Origin: Podarcis muralis
Taxonomy: Eukaryota
Length of the DNA: 64,000 bases
Reading direction: 5' to 3'
Assembly: GCF_964188315.1 (NCBI RefSeq)
Contig: NC_135655.1
Coordinates: forward strand, 78,616,001 to 78,680,000
The notes under the pieces were generated by a model. It was not told the origin of the DNA. It searched no databases and saw only the letters and a list, made by a program, of their open reading frames with translations. Position numbers and translations under genes: made by a program. Shown in pieces: positions 23,135 through 35,923 of this stretch; position 1 is the stretch's first letter, and every line of letters starts with the position of its first letter.

Positions 23135-24578
23135 ACACCTCTGGATCCATTCCAGTCTGGCTTCTGCGCTGGTCATGGGACCGAGACGGCTCTGGATGCC
23201 CTAACAGATGATCTTCGTAGACAGCTGGATCGAGGCGGGTCGGGGCTGCTGATTCTTCTAGATCTATCAGCAGCTTTCGACATGGTCGATCACGAACTTC
23301 TGGACCACCGCCTTGCCGACGTGGGGATCCAGGGCACAGTCCTTCAATGGCTGTGCTCGTTTCTCTCTGGTCGGGGACAGAGGGTGGCGCTTGGGGGGGA
23401 ATTGTCATCGCGCCACTCCTTGGTGTGTGGAGTACCTCAGGGTGCGATACTCTCCCTGATGCTTTTCAACATCTTTATGCGCCCCCTCGCCCAGCTTGTT
23501 CGGAGTTTTGGGCTGGGTTGTCATCAGTATGCCGATGACACCCAACTCTATCTGTTGATGGATGGCCATCCTGACTCAGCCCCAGACACACTGACCAGAT
23601 GTTTGGAAGCTGTGGCTGGATGGTTACGTGGGAGCCGGTTGAAGCTAAATCCTTCGAAGACAGAGGTCCTGTGGCTGGGACGGGGCGATGATATGGGATT
23701 GGGGGGGCAACTCCCATCTCTTGCGGGGGCGCAATTAGTGCCAGCACCGTCCGTTAAGAGTTTGGGTGTAATCTTCGACACCTCCCTTTCCATGGAGGCA
23801 CAGATTGCAGCTATAACAAAGGAGGCATTTTTCCATCTCCGCCAAGCTAAGCAGTTGGCTCCTTACCTCTCTCGCCCTGACCTAGCCACTGTGATCCACG
23901 CGACGGTCACCTCCAGACTGGATTATTGTAACTCGCTCTACGTGGGGCTGCCCTTGAGACTGACCCAGAAACTCCAGCGGGTGCAGAATGCTGCAGCGAG
24001 ACTCCTTACGAGGTCTTCGCTGCGAGATCACATTCATCCGGTGCTATACCAGCTGCACTGGCTCCCGGTGGAGTACAGGATCAGGTTTAAGGTGCTGGTT
24101 TTAACCTTTAAAGCCCTATATGGCCTAGGACCCTCGTACCTACGGGACCGCCTCTCCTGGTATGCCCCACAGAGAAACTTACGGTCTTCAAATAAAAACA
24201 TCTTGAAGGTCCCAGGCCACAGAGAAGTTAGGCTGGCCTCAACTAGAGCCAGGGCTTTTTCGGCTGTGGCTCCGATCTGGTGGAACACTCTGTCACAAGA
24301 GACCAGGGCCCTGCGGGACTTGACATCTTTCCGCAGGGCCTGCAAGACAGAGCTGTTCCACCAGGCCTTTGGCCAGGGCACAGCCTGACTCCCTCCCTCG
24401 GCAATCTTCGCGGAGCTCTGGCCCAACGGTTGCTAGTGGCTTGAATTAATTAATTTTTATAATGAATGATTTTAGAATGTTGTTTATGTTGTACTTTTGT
24501 ACTGTTTTATTGTTGTTAGCTGCCCTGAGCCCGGCTTCGGCTGGGGAGGGTGGGATATAAATAAAATTTATTATTATT

Positions 24579-24620
<42 letters not shown>
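23135..24620 (+). mobile_element. 5'-truncated L2 LINE (second subfamily), RT C-terminal half still open
   Basis: Frame open from 23141 (LDPFQSGF...DLSAAFDMVDH...GVPQGAILS...YADDTQLY...SRLDYCN) to the stop at 24388; 3' UTR hairpin at 24530-24545; (ATT)n/(GTT)n tail. Confidence 0.95.
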
Positions 24621-24621
<1 letters not shown>

Positions 24622-25882
24622 GTGATGGAGTGAAACTAGGGGCAGAGTGTGGGAAACCAGCAGAATGGACAGATTCATTACTATCAGATTCATTGCTTGC
24701 ATGACACGCAGAGACATATACAATATATACAACCGCAACCACCCTAGTCAAAGGTCTAACCCCGCTAATCTGAAATCTGCGCTAATTCCTTATCACCTCC
24801 TGCATGCTGTTAGCATTGAACACAAGGGCAACAGTAACACTAAGCAAGTGGTGCCCTAAGGCCACAATCATACTTTGCTATCTCTGTCAAAGAAATTGAT
24901 TTTGCTGAATGGCCTTAGAAATAGGACTCGCCTGAGTATCTGCATCATCTCTGTATCCATGGTATCTATTTCTCTGCTTATATATGGCACAGGAGTGCAG
25001 TTTCTCCCTGGGCACAGGAAATCTCAAGCTCCGGAGCAAAACCAGAGGGAAACGCTGACAACATGGGTGAAGAAACACTTGCTGAGTTGCTTTCGAGCAT
25101 TTTTAAGACATTGCACCGGAGGGAAGACTTAAACAGAAATTTGAAATACTGCCGATCTCTCCACCTGACAATACTTTCATTAGTTCCTAGCTGTGCTCCT
25201 TAGCCTGTTTCTTCCCAACATAGCAAAGCTTTCACGGTATGAGCCAAGTTTAATGTTTTAAATCCAAACCATTTTGCCGGCAATCAAACGGCAAAGTGCA
25301 TTTCTCACCCCTTATATGGCGAAAAGGGCTCCTTATTTCCATAATTTCTCCATTTGCTAACGTGGCTGTGGAACAAGCTCTCTTTGCAGCCACCGTGGAA
25401 ATAAGAGCTTTACCTTCCCATTTAGAACAAAGCAGAGAAATATGTGCCACATCTGTGCACAGGCTTAACCTTGAAATCAGTGTTACTGAGCGAACCAGGT
25501 GTAAGGCTCAGGTTGTGAGCCACAGCTGCAGAAAAACATTACTATCGAAACACAACAGCATTTAGAACAGACTCATATACACGCGTATTTGTGTTTTGTG
25601 TTATAATAAGTCCAGGTTTTAATTATGCAGCCTCCAGATGTAAGAATCACAGCTGAGTTGGCTCGAGGTTTATATGGCTCCCAGTGGCAATACTACTGGC
25701 TACATTTACATTTAACTAACCCAGCAAGGAACCAGGGAGATGACGCCAGATGGCATTGCTTGTAAGAAGATAGCAAGAAGCACGTCTATCCATGGAAAGA
25801 TGCTACAATGCCACTAATGTGTATCTATCGGCCTTCCTATTACAATGTGAGAAGCTCAGAGAAAGCGAAAAATGGATCCCAC

Positions 25883-25983
25883 CTTGCCCACAAATGCCAC
25901 CAGACGGGCATTGGCTGGAGTCTCGTCAGGACTGAGCCAAAATTCAGAGTTGTCATCTGAAGCTACAGAAAACTGGAAGTCTC
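25883..25983 (-). CDS. B4GALNT4: B4GALNT4 coding exon (~exon 6, PA14 core)
   Basis: ccttgtag|GA GAC...GGC AAG|gtggga; 101 nt; (G)[33 protein letters not shown]; visible inside ORF 25856..26107. Confidence 0.97.
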
Positions 25984-26484
25984 CTACAAGGCAAAGAAGA
26001 AAATTTGAGCTGCAGGGTGGACTGCAGGAGCAGGTAAGAGCAGGAGGCTTGAGCAATAAGGATTCCATGTGCTGGTGAGCTGGGCATGTTGTGGCTGAGA
26101 GAGACAAGCCTTTTCAAGTCAATGTGTCAAATGTCTACTGAATGCCGTGGTTTGGGACTCAAGAGCCCCTGGAATGATGCTTGGTCACTGATGGGTGGAT
26201 GTGGGGAAGGGGGACAGAGAGACGGTAGTTTCTGAACTTCTCTAGTCTGAGATACATTTGGAGGCGTTCTGATGGCATGAAGCCTCTTGACCTAGAAAGG
26301 AGCAACAGAGAGCGGGTCCCTCTGCAGTTTCCCATAACTCCCACTGTGAGAGATTAGGAGCAGGGGCAACAATATGCATATGGTTTTCTTTAAGGCAAAG
26401 GTATCTCTGAGTGGGAAGAAGGTGAGATCTCAGCAATGAAGCGCAGCTTTGCAGACAGAGTTAAGGGTTGCTAATTCAGCTCAC

Positions 26485-26575
26485 CGTCTTTGAAGGGATG
26501 GATGTACCCAAATATACGGAGGCCATAATTCTTCCATTTGGGTGACACAGCCAACTTTTTCACTGTTGTGCGGGT
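26485..26575 (-). CDS. B4GALNT4: B4GALNT4 coding exon (~exon 5)
   Basis: cttag|ACC CGC...GAC G|gtgagc; 91 nt; [30 protein letters not shown](G). Confidence 0.97.
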
Positions 26576-26748
26576 CTAAGAGCCAGAAGAAAAGAGGAAG
26601 AGAGTGTTTGAATGTAATATTCCACAACACAGGCCTTGAGCAAATGTACGCTATATTCATTTGTTCAATATTTATCATACCCTTCATCAGTTCTATTGCT
26701 CCAAGTGCAGGTTACACCTCAACACACTATCAAACCATACAATAAAAG

Positions 26749-27174
26749 ACTTTTTAAAATAAAAAAATAATTTTTATTAAAGATTTTCGTGATTTACAAA
26801 AGTGTGGGCATTGTCTCTTTTTTCAGGTTGTGTTTTTTTATAGATCAATTACATTTGTTGTGAGACATTAGTGCTGTATGCAGTATAAGGTTAGGGAAGA
26901 AGGGGGAGAGAGAGGGAGGTTGGGGTGGTAAAACTTATATCCTTTTACTTAGTGTATGTGTGGTGTTTTGTATCATCATCCCTCGGGTAGGTTTTCTTTC
27001 TATTCACTTATTATATTTCCTTGGTAGTGAGAGAGGTGGAGGGGGGCCTAGGGCATGGTTGGTTATCTTTAGTGGCTGCAGTGAGATTTGTTTTTCATGT
27101 GTGAAGGGGGGGGGATTGTTGGGTCAAGTTAGCCATATTGATTTGTATGCTGTCCGTGGATTCTTCTTGTTGTC
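26749..27174 (-). mobile_element. L1-type 3' UTR fragment with 11-bp TSD
   Basis: Similar along its length to the older fragment split at 55773/62045; direct repeat tacaataaaag at 26738-26748 and 27175-27185. Confidence 0.7.
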
Positions 27175-27544
27175 TACAATAAAAGTTTAAATAACTAAAG
27201 TGTCAGCTAAAATATATCAAACAGCAATACAATAACAAGCTGGTAGACCCATCACTAGTCAGCATTTACTCAGCTCCCTGCAAAAACCTGGTGAACATGC
27301 TTACACACCGGAAAACAGAGAATAATTTATATTCGCCAAGCCTCCTCTTCAAATTCCTCCTCCCCACTCTTTTGGGGAGATTCATTCAGAAGTTCCATGT
27401 GTAGCATGAACCCTTAGCAGATGGATCACCATAGGAGTAATGCATTGCCAGTGTCTTGCATGGAAGTAAGTCAGCCTCCTTGATTTTGTCTGTCTTAAAG
27501 CTGGGGCAGGCACAAGGATGTGAACATGGGAATGGGATACCATA

Positions 27545-27690
27545 GCCCAGAGGCAGTCAATATGGTGCCCTCCAAATCTTGCTGGGACTCCAATTCCCAT
27601 CAGCCACACCCAGCATGGCCCAATGGTCAGGGATGATGGGAGTTGCAGTCCAGCAACATAAGGAGCACACCTCATTGGATAAACCTTACC
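27545..27690. mobile_element. Degenerate copy of the palindromic hAT MITE family
   Basis: Core ggactccaattcccatc...gatgatgggagttgcagtcc shared with 3526-3661; TIRs eroded. Other eroded copies near 2285-2390, 42360-42475 and 44710-44835. Confidence 0.6.
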
Positions 27691-27896
27691 ATACCTGATA
27701 CTGGCCTGCTGAAATCAAAGGAACTACACTTTCATTAGCACTTAGATCAAGTCAAATGCCCTAGTTACTAGTAGAATGGAAATTTACTGCAACAGTGGCT
27801 ACGGATATTTACTACACAAAGAGAGTAACAGAAAACTCCCTCTTGGAAGTTATGCTGGAACTGGACTCTTCATCTTGCAGAATCACTTGTACTTAC

Positions 27897-27992
27897 ATGC
27901 GGATAGAGGGGGAAATGCAGGTTCTTCCTTAGGTGCCCAACAGCTCCTCCACACCAGTCTTCAAATACATGCAGGTTTGCTTTCCCTTTGTA
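27897..27992 (-). CDS. B4GALNT4: B4GALNT4 coding exon (~exon 4, start of PA14 region)
   Basis: ttctgcag|TAC AAA...CCG CAT|gtaagt; 96 nt; [39 protein letters not shown] is B4GALNT4-type rather than B4GALNT3-type. Confidence 0.97.
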
Positions 27993-28319
27993 CTGCAGAA
28001 GAACAACATTTAGGCTATACACAAGCTCTCTGAGGCAATTCTGTGTGGGTGGGTGTATGCCTGTGTGCGTGTACGTGTGTGACAGAGAGAGAATATAAAC
28101 ATTACATAGTGAAACACAATCCTGAATGGTGACAGGAGCCCTGAAAGACTACCGCAGTATTGTAATACCTCCTTCTTCTGATGGTGCCAGGTGTACACCT
28201 AAGGCCTGCTGCAGACATGGGTAGCCCAGGTGAGCCTGTGGAATATTGAGGGGGCCCAGCCCCCTCCTTTAAAATTTATGGGGGGCCCTCAGCCCCCCCC
28301 TAGATGGCACCCCTGGGCC

Positions 28320-28400
28320 AGGAGCCTTTCCAATCCTACCTGGAGATGCCATGGATTGAATCTGGGACCTCTTGCATGGGACCTCTTGCTCTGCCACAGA
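28320..28400 (-). mobile_element. Partial tRNA-derived SINE (Squam3-like)
   Basis: cctacctggagatgccatggattgaatctgggacctcttgcatg matches the copies at 31.1 and 37.6 kb. Confidence 0.55.
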
Positions 28401-30157
28401 CTTTTGGTCCTTTCCCTGATGACTGCTGCAGGCGCACCAGTGTTCCTCACAGCAAAGATGTATCTTCATCTTTCAACATTTGTGTACAAGAGCTTGGGAA
28501 CCCTAACAGGTCCATGATGCAAACTTGTCTAAAGATGTGGATGTATCATCCACATGGATGTGTTTACTGCAGTGAACACCAGCGTCATAAGCAATGTGCT
28601 GGGAGCAAAAATAGTTTAACCTGTCTTAAACAAGAGGAATAGGAAGAATCCACAAAGCCTTTGTGAAAATATAAATTTATCTTTGCTTCACCCCAAAATC
28701 ATAAACTCGGAGCTCAAGCTACTCGAGTCTCTTCTTCTTCCCTATGTCTAGCTCCCCACCATTTTAAAAAATATAACATGCATATAGCAAAACATAGCTA
28801 TCACAAAATTAAAAGTAAAATAATGTGGGCTAACAACACTAACAAAAATGTAATCAAAAATAAAAATAAAACATTTTCAAAAGACATTCAGATACTTGTG
28901 ATCTACGTTAGCAATAGAGAGGACATTTGACACATAATGAGCAACAGATCTCTATTCTTCAAGCACTGAAATGTAAGACACAAAAGAATCCTGTTATGCA
29001 GTTAATGTACTGGCTAGGTTAGCAAATTCCATTACTTTTCTGAATCATTACTTTCCTTGGGTTTGGCTGTTGCCTTCCAATTTTTGCACAGAGCTGTCTC
29101 ACTGCAGTTAACACATCCCTTTTTAACATAGCTGGAGGTGATGTATGGTGGATTCTGATACTAATTTACGTCACATACCTCAGTAGCAACTTCTATTGTT
29201 ATCCCACCTACTCCCACCCCCACCTTCAAGAAAAAACAGAGGCCCAAATTCATGCAGTGTGAGCCCAAGCTCTTAAATTACAGCTATCATTTTGGGCCCA
29301 GACTAGACAGCTCAGACAAGCTGGAACTGGATGGAGAGTCTCCTATTTGGTAGAGCAGTATATGCAGCATCCATTGAACCAGCTGTTTATTTAGGGCCAG
29401 TATGGAGATCTGGCCCAATGCAATGAAGGACATCAAGGTCTCTACTCCCATTCAAGCATGGGGTGATGTTACTGATTACTCCTTAAACATCCTGTGTTGT
29501 GTACATACTTGTGGCATAATCAGCACAATAGAAGCCAGCTCAATGATGGTGCTTAGTCACACTGATCAGTGCAGAGGACCTTAACTGAATTAAAAAGATA
29601 GGGAGGCGTTTCCTGGGTAGGCATAATTGGGATGAAATTTCAGAAGGTAAAAACTCCTTTCCAGAATTACTTCTCTCCTGTTTCAAACCACTCAGGCGCT
29701 TAATTCCTCAGTCAAGGTATCAGCCAGAATTTGGAACAATAACTGCTTCATTCAACAAACAACAGCCACACTCTGACAGTAGCCATGCCTTGTCCATATC
29801 TGTGTCAGGAACACAATACAGGTACTAAAATTTAATTTATGACCATGTCATATCAAATGCATCAGCTGTGGCTCTTTTAACGATGATTGCTAATTAGTCC
29901 ATATCCCCTTATTATGAAAACGCTTTACCAGATTTAGCTATATCCAGCCCACATAATGGTCCTGGGGATGATGTCCATCTCCCAATGGCCCCCACCCCAA
30001 GCCTTTGTATTTAAAACAGCATGCTCCACATATTGCCATATCACACTGGCTTATTTTGCATGCAGTGCTAATCCAGAACATGGCTAAGCATGAACGAGCA
30101 AGCATACATGTGTGCAGAGTGAAAACCACAGCCACTTCTCTTCAAGTTCTTTGACTG

Positions 30158-30344
30158 CTTTGCTACCTGCAGCCAAGCCATGGGCAAACCCAGGCTTGTG
30201 GTCTGTCTCTAACAAACAAACCACAAGTAGTAAGCTAAGGACAAACATTGGCTACAGCTCATGGTTTGTTTGGAGCGAGACAAACCATGAACCTAGGTTT
30301 GTACCTAATGCTAATCCAAACCATGGCTTTGCTCTGTAGCAAAG
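30158..30344. repeat. Imperfect palindromic element
   Basis: Terminal ctttgctac / gtagcaaag and internal (a)agccatgg / ccatggctt inverted matches. Confidence 0.55.
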
Positions 30345-30463
30345 TGACTGCCATTTTCGCTCTGTGCACCTGCACATGATACATGCATTTATGGGAGTGC
30401 TACAAAGGACTGTGCCACCTCAGAAGGCTCATGTGTCATGTGTGAAGGAGGCCAGTATAAACA

Positions 30464-30541
30464 TGTTGTTGTTGTTTAGTCCTTTAGTCGTGTCTGACTC
30501 TTCGTGACCCCATGGACCAGAGCACGCCAGGCACTCCTGTC
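30464..30541 (-). mobile_element. RTE-BovB 3' terminal fragment
   Basis: tgttgttgttgtttagtcctttagtcgtgtctgactcttcgtgaccccatggaccagagcacgccaggc, the reverse complement of the BovB-type end. Confidence 0.8.
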
Positions 30542-31071
30542 TAAGCTGGTTTTAAAGCTCTTTCTTATGGCATCCTCAAAGACTCGTGAGAACCATAGCT
30601 TTGTTAGAATGTTGAGAATTCACTGTTAGAGAATATTAGCCCCACCCACCCACAGATCTATGATTCCCAGGATTTCTTGGGGGTGGAGATCTGTGGCATT
30701 TTAATTGGTTTAAGTTTGTAGTGAAGAGATGCCCCAGTTCTGGCAGGCTGCTCTTCTTTTGCCCATATCTGTCTCTCATTATTTCTTAATTTCTTTCTCA
30801 TTATTTTTTTTCAGCCCTCTGAGGCTTATTCTAGTGGTTAAGCACAATCATCTAATTAATTGACTTCATACGCTCAATATACTTATTTCCCCCCCATTAT
30901 TACTATTGGCCACCCTTTCAGCAGGGCAAAGCATAACATGGGACTGGTTCACAGAACATGGTAGTGTAATGAATATATAGAAATACACTTGCAGTGCAGC
31001 CATTTCTTAATGAAAAGGTTCTCTCTTGGATGCCAGGCTTTCTAGACTGCTCTGAGATGTTCACAGAACAT

Positions 31072-31251
31072 TGGAAGCAGTCTTATACAGAGTCAGAACA
31101 TTGGTCCATCTAGCTCAGGAGTGTTTACACCAACTGGCAGGTGCTCTTCCTGGGTTTCAGACAGTTCCCAGCTCTACCTGGAGATGCTAGGAATGGAACC
31201 TAGAACCTTCTGCACTCAAAACAGTTGCTCTTCCATTGAGCTGTGGCCCTT
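31072..31251 (-). mobile_element. tRNA-derived SINE (Squam3-like)
   Basis: Minus strand head with A-box-like agctcaatgg and B-box-like ggttccattcc; tail ...gagctagatggaccaatgttctgactctgtataag. Confidence 0.7.
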
Positions 31252-32303
31252 CCTCCAAACACTTTGCTTTGCCTCTGATCAAGCAACATATTCTGTGCAC
31301 ATTCCTTGCACATTTGCAGTACTCAAGTGCAAAGTACAATGCAGAAATAATTAGGGGAACACAAGATACAAAGAAGGGTAAAAGGCAGGTTGGGGGGGCC
31401 TTTTTTCATGAATAGGTCTACTACTGAGTAGCTGTGCCATCCTGCTGCTTGAAACTATAGGCTGGAGCCCTTATGAGTAAAGTGTAATTGTGGGCAAACT
31501 AATTTACCTATGGAAATGCAAGGTTGGTACACATGTTTGTGTGCATCCAATGGAGGGGTATTATTGGGTTGTTTTTATTTTGATTATCTATTTTGTGGTT
31601 TTATATTTTGATTTTGTTCTGAGACATCTGGGTATAGGGCAATATATAAATTCAATAAATATAATAATAAATAATAAATAGTATGTTGGGGGAAGGCTAA
31701 TGCTAGAAGCCTTCTCTGTTTTTACAAACACAAGGATAATTTAATACAGGGGCATTGTCAAATAAATGATCTCTTGTGTGCCTTCTGAGGTGGCACAGTC
31801 CTTTCTACCAGTAGGACTAGACAGTCACATATGCATGTGTCATTTGATGTTTCAAGCCTGACGTGAATAGCAAATGCTGAGATCAGGAATGGCTCCTTGC
31901 TGTGTAGACTATGTTTCAAACCATCTAGCACAATTGTGATGGCACAGATAAGCCACGATTTTGGTATGGGCTACTTCACAGCACCACCTGCAGGTATCAG
32001 TAACCCAGCAGCAACTGTTTAGGCATCCATTTACAGATATCCACCTGAGAGATAGAGAGCAAGGTCATACTCCAGCCTCTTAAGGAGGGACCACGTGAGC
32101 CAAAACACTTCAGTTCCTGTAATAGGCCTATAGTTCTACCATTTTAAAATTGTAGGTTTCTATCCTACCCCACAATAACCTTCCGCGGCAATTCACAACA
32201 ACTAAAACATTTAAATTTCTAACTTATGGAACAATATAACCAAGTCATCTTAAATGAGTCAGTTTCCTCAAGTATGTGCCTGGTGAAGTACAAAGGTCTT
32301 GAT

Positions 32304-32432
32304 CAGCCTTCCCCAACCTGGTGCCCTCTGGATGTTGTTAAGAATAGAACTCCCATCAGCCCAAGCCAGCACGTCCAATGGTCAAGAATGTAGTCCAACA
32401 GCATCTGGAGGGCACCTGGTTGGGGAAGCCTG
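32304..32432. mobile_element. Older hAT-type palindromic MITE
   Basis: cagccttccccaacctggtgccctc / gagggcacctggttggggaagcctg; TSD only partly preserved. Confidence 0.75.
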
Positions 32433-34445
32433 GGCTTAAACTAAAAAATAATAATCATAGCATTATTTATAGTCTCTAAATGAAGTTCCAGAGGTTTGGT
32501 GTCAACTCAGAGAAAGCCCTGCTTCTTGTAACAATCAAAGGTAACAAAGTGTGGTCTCTCTAGATGACTATGGTGAACGTGGAACATCATACGGGACAGG
32601 AGTTTCTCGGGTATTCTAAGCCCAGCCAGTATACAGAGCTAGCTATGGCCAGAGAGATTTTTCCAACCTTGCTCTATACTCCTGGCAAAGAAATTCTGTG
32701 GCAACCACAAACTTTCCCTATACAGCATGGGACTGCTAACACTGGACTCCAGAAATTCTGGTATCTCATGCAGCGTCAACACCTGAGAGGTACAGGGAGG
32801 GCTACAGTAAACAGCTCATCATTATGAGGATAAGATGCAAATTTCTCTATAGTAACTTCTGAGCCTACAGCTTTCTGAGATGCTAACAAGGGCCCGCTCC
32901 TCTCCTAATAGCAATACTCTCTTAATCTTCCTCTCCATAATCACAACAGAGTCCTCATTCAAACAGTGATTAATGACCACCCCCGCTTCCTAGATTCAAG
33001 TCTGTGGATCAAAATCTGGCACATCTCAGCTGCTGCTCCCTCTGGGCATTGTTGTGCGCTTCAAATGGAGGGCTGGATCATCAGCTGGTGCAGATGTGCC
33101 GCTTTAGTGAAGTCAATGGTGCTTAACTAATCCACAGGAGCTGAGGAAAACAGAAGCTGCTGGGAAGGATATCATGAGAGGGGGAGGGATTTCCCTTCCA
33201 ATGGGGCAGCTGAAGAAGGCACCATGCAGCCCCCCAACTGGTATGCATTGCACCACCAGTCTGTAGTAAACGATCTTCCCCACAGCCATCGGGGAACCTT
33301 CTTTGGAAAGAGAGGCTAAACGTTTTAGGATTGACTACTCAATAGGTGTCATGTACATCAGGGTTGCTATTTTGCACAAAGCTACTGAGGATGCTGACCA
33401 GCCTCCCGTGAAACCTCGCAGATAATGAGACCTAACCACTTGACAAATCAACGAACAAAGCCCATTATGTGCCACAGCATGTCCCAGACTTCTTTTGCCT
33501 GGCTGCTGATGGTGCTTACTGATCTGTGGGATTTGCTCATTTGCGATGCAACTCCCAGGTCTGGCTCTGTGATCAAACTGCATCCTCCTCCCATAAGCAT
33601 CACTCAGCACCTACCCTCTCGGGCATCTCAGTGCATCCCACTAACAACAGCTTCCCTGCCACAGTTCTTCGGGACCTTCCTGATGCTTTTCATGGTGGCA
33701 GGCAGAACGCTGGCTGAATAATGCATGAGTGCATTAAGCAGGCAGATGCCCAGGCGCAGGTGTCAGTCAATCCAAGCTGGGCTTTACCCTGAACTGATAA
33801 AAGTAAAACAGTGCTGGGAAATCAGTGTGAAATGGGCTGGACCAAATGTGATGGAGCAGGATGGAGTGAATGCACACTGGCCTCTGATCTGCCTTGGATG
33901 CCTGGTCTAATTATGTGTGTCTGTAATTTTCTCTGCATCAATATCTAAAAACTGCATTCAGTTGTTATTAGTGTGCAGTTCAAGAAGGGTTCAAATACTG
34001 TAAGAGAGGAATTGCTGGCTGGTATCTCAAGCTTTATTATTAGGTTTCATAAAATCATATGGCACAAGTAGACCTTATGGGTCATCCACTCACATCTCCT
34101 GGCCTGAGACAGATGGCCTCTGCTTAAAGCATCCTTTGTAGGTGCACTATTTTGGAGGACAAAGTAGGAGTGAAGCGAAAGGCCACAATCCATTGTGAAA
34201 CTATTCCTTGAAGCATCACTGAAATGAACAGGAACTGGGCAAGAGGGTCAGTACTGCTCTTACACAGTTATTCATTTCACTGGGACTTAATTAAGGTTAT
34301 TAATCAGAATTGAGCCCAGCGATTTCACCTTTGCACACAGCTGGTAACTGCACAATTAGTATCATTTCCCAAACTTCCCCTCTGCAAACCACCCCGCCCC
34401 TCCAGATTACCTCCCTTCCTTGAAAATGTGCTTTGTCCAGCTTAC

Positions 34446-34556
34446 CTGCTCGCTCCAGGGCAGAACATGTCTGGTTACGTTTGGCTTTGGGGGTCTTCCA
34501 GCTCTGTCAAGGCCACGTCTTTTTGAAAACCAGCCATCAACCCCTTGCTCTTCAGT
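34446..34556 (-). CDS. B4GALNT4: B4GALNT4 coding exon (~exon 3)
   Basis: cttcttacag|ACT GAA...GAG CAG|gtaagc; 111 nt, phase 0/0, fits between the neighbouring exons; TEEQGVDGWFSKRRGLDRAGRPPKPNVTRHVLPWSEQ. Its end resembles human LPLNFTHQTPPWREE, including an N-x-T sequon. Confidence 0.82.
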
Positions 34557-34954
34557 CTGTAAGAAGGGAGGAGGAGGAGGAGAAGCAACAACAGCAAATT
34601 CAGCACCAAGTGGGATGAATCCCATAAAGGGCCAAGGTGAGAGAACAAAACGGAAAGTACTAATGTCATTTCTATTATTAGCTATTGCCAGCGCAACATG
34701 CTCTCTGCTTGACAGGATCAATTATCTGCAGCACTAAATTGTTTGGCTTCATGGAAGTCACCTCAGCACCTGGTGTAGGAGTTCATGCATTAATGTCATA
34801 CGGAATACATCATTCTCCTCCAAAGTAGAATCTTGCAATTAATTGAAATCATCTCAGTCCACAATATAGGGACAGGGAAGTTGCAGGGGTGGAGGGTATT
34901 AGATCCAGAAATAAAGAGGAGGAGGAAAAAAATCATTTTGAACACATTTACCAT

Positions 34955-35170
34955 AAGAACATATAGGAAGAACTCTGTTGGCTCAGGACAATGGCCCATC
35001 TAGTCCAGCAACCTGATCTCACAAAGGTCAACCAAGCTGCCTGTTGGGAAGCACCCAAGCAGGACCTGAGTCCAATAGCACTCTGCCCACCTATAATTCC
35101 CAGCAAGTGGTATTTAAGAGGCATACTGCCTCTAACAGTAGAGGAGGATCATAGCCATTGAGGCTAGTAG
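34955..35170 (-). mobile_element. CR1-type LINE 3' end fragment
   Basis: taagaacatataggaagaactctgttggctcaggacaatggcccatctagtccagc resembles the reverse complement of a reptile CR1 3' terminus. Confidence 0.6.
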
Positions 35171-35183
35171 CCCACCCAGGTTA

Positions 35184-35537
35184 AGGTAAAGGTAAAGGTA
35201 CCCCTGCCCGTACGGGCCAGTCTTGACAGACTCTAGGGTTGTGCGCCCATCTCACTCAAGAGGCCGGGGGCCAGCGCTGTCCGCAGACACTTCCGGGTCA
35301 GCGTGACAAGCTGCATCTGGTGAGCCAGCGCAGCACACGGAAGGCCGTTTACCTTCCTGCTAGTAAGCGGTCCCTATTTATCTACTTGCACCCGGGGGTG
35401 CTTTCGAACTGCTAGGTTGGCAGGCGCTGGGACCGAGCAACGGGAGCGCACCCCGCCGCGGGGATTCGAACCGCCGACCTTTCGATTGGCAAGTCCTAGG
35501 CGCTGAGGCTTTAACCCACAGCGCCACCCGCGTCCCT
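35184..35537 (-). mobile_element. Sauria SINE, young full-length copy (second subfamily)
   Basis: A box TGGCGCTGTGG, B box GGTTCGAATCC, CpGs intact, (ACCTTT)n tail, 13-bp TSD cccacccaggtta (35171-35183 / 35538-35550). Confidence 0.95.
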
Positions 35538-35749
35538 CCCACCCAGGTTACTAGTACCTAATGTGCATTTGGTTAGAACCCTATCAGGACCACCCACAGA
35601 TTCTGCACCAAAGGAATTTCTTGGGTGGATGAGTGAGATATAACAAATGGAATCGCACACTAGTCAAAGGATAAGCAGTATTTGCAGTTTCTTTTTTAGG
35701 CCTATGACATGAAGCTGACACTGACCTCACCTCCCCACTCCAAATTCAA

Positions 35750-35872
35750 CAGCCCTGTTTAGGGAAGTTTTTAATATTTGATGTTTTATTGTATTTTTAA
35801 TATTTTGTTGGAAGCCGCCCAGAGTGGTTGGGGAAACCCAGCCAGATGGGTGGAGTATATTATTACTACTAC

Positions 35873-35921
<49 letters not shown>
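35750..35921 (+). mobile_element. L2 3' end fragment (family of the 14.9-kb element) with (ACT)n/(ATT)n tail
   Basis: cagccctgtttagggaagtttttaat...gccgcccagagtggttggggaaacccagccagatgggtgg matches the full-length L2 3' UTR. Confidence 0.9.

Positions 35922-35923
<2 letters not shown>

Noticed and set aside
26159-26344. ORF containing KFRNYRL...HIHP resembling exon 5
   Set aside because: The true exon 5 is at 26485-26575 with canonical splice sites; this similarity is weak and lacks splice signals.
35440-35537. tRNA gene (A and B boxes)
   Set aside because: This is the tRNA-derived head of a Sauria SINE, with SINE body, tail and TSD.
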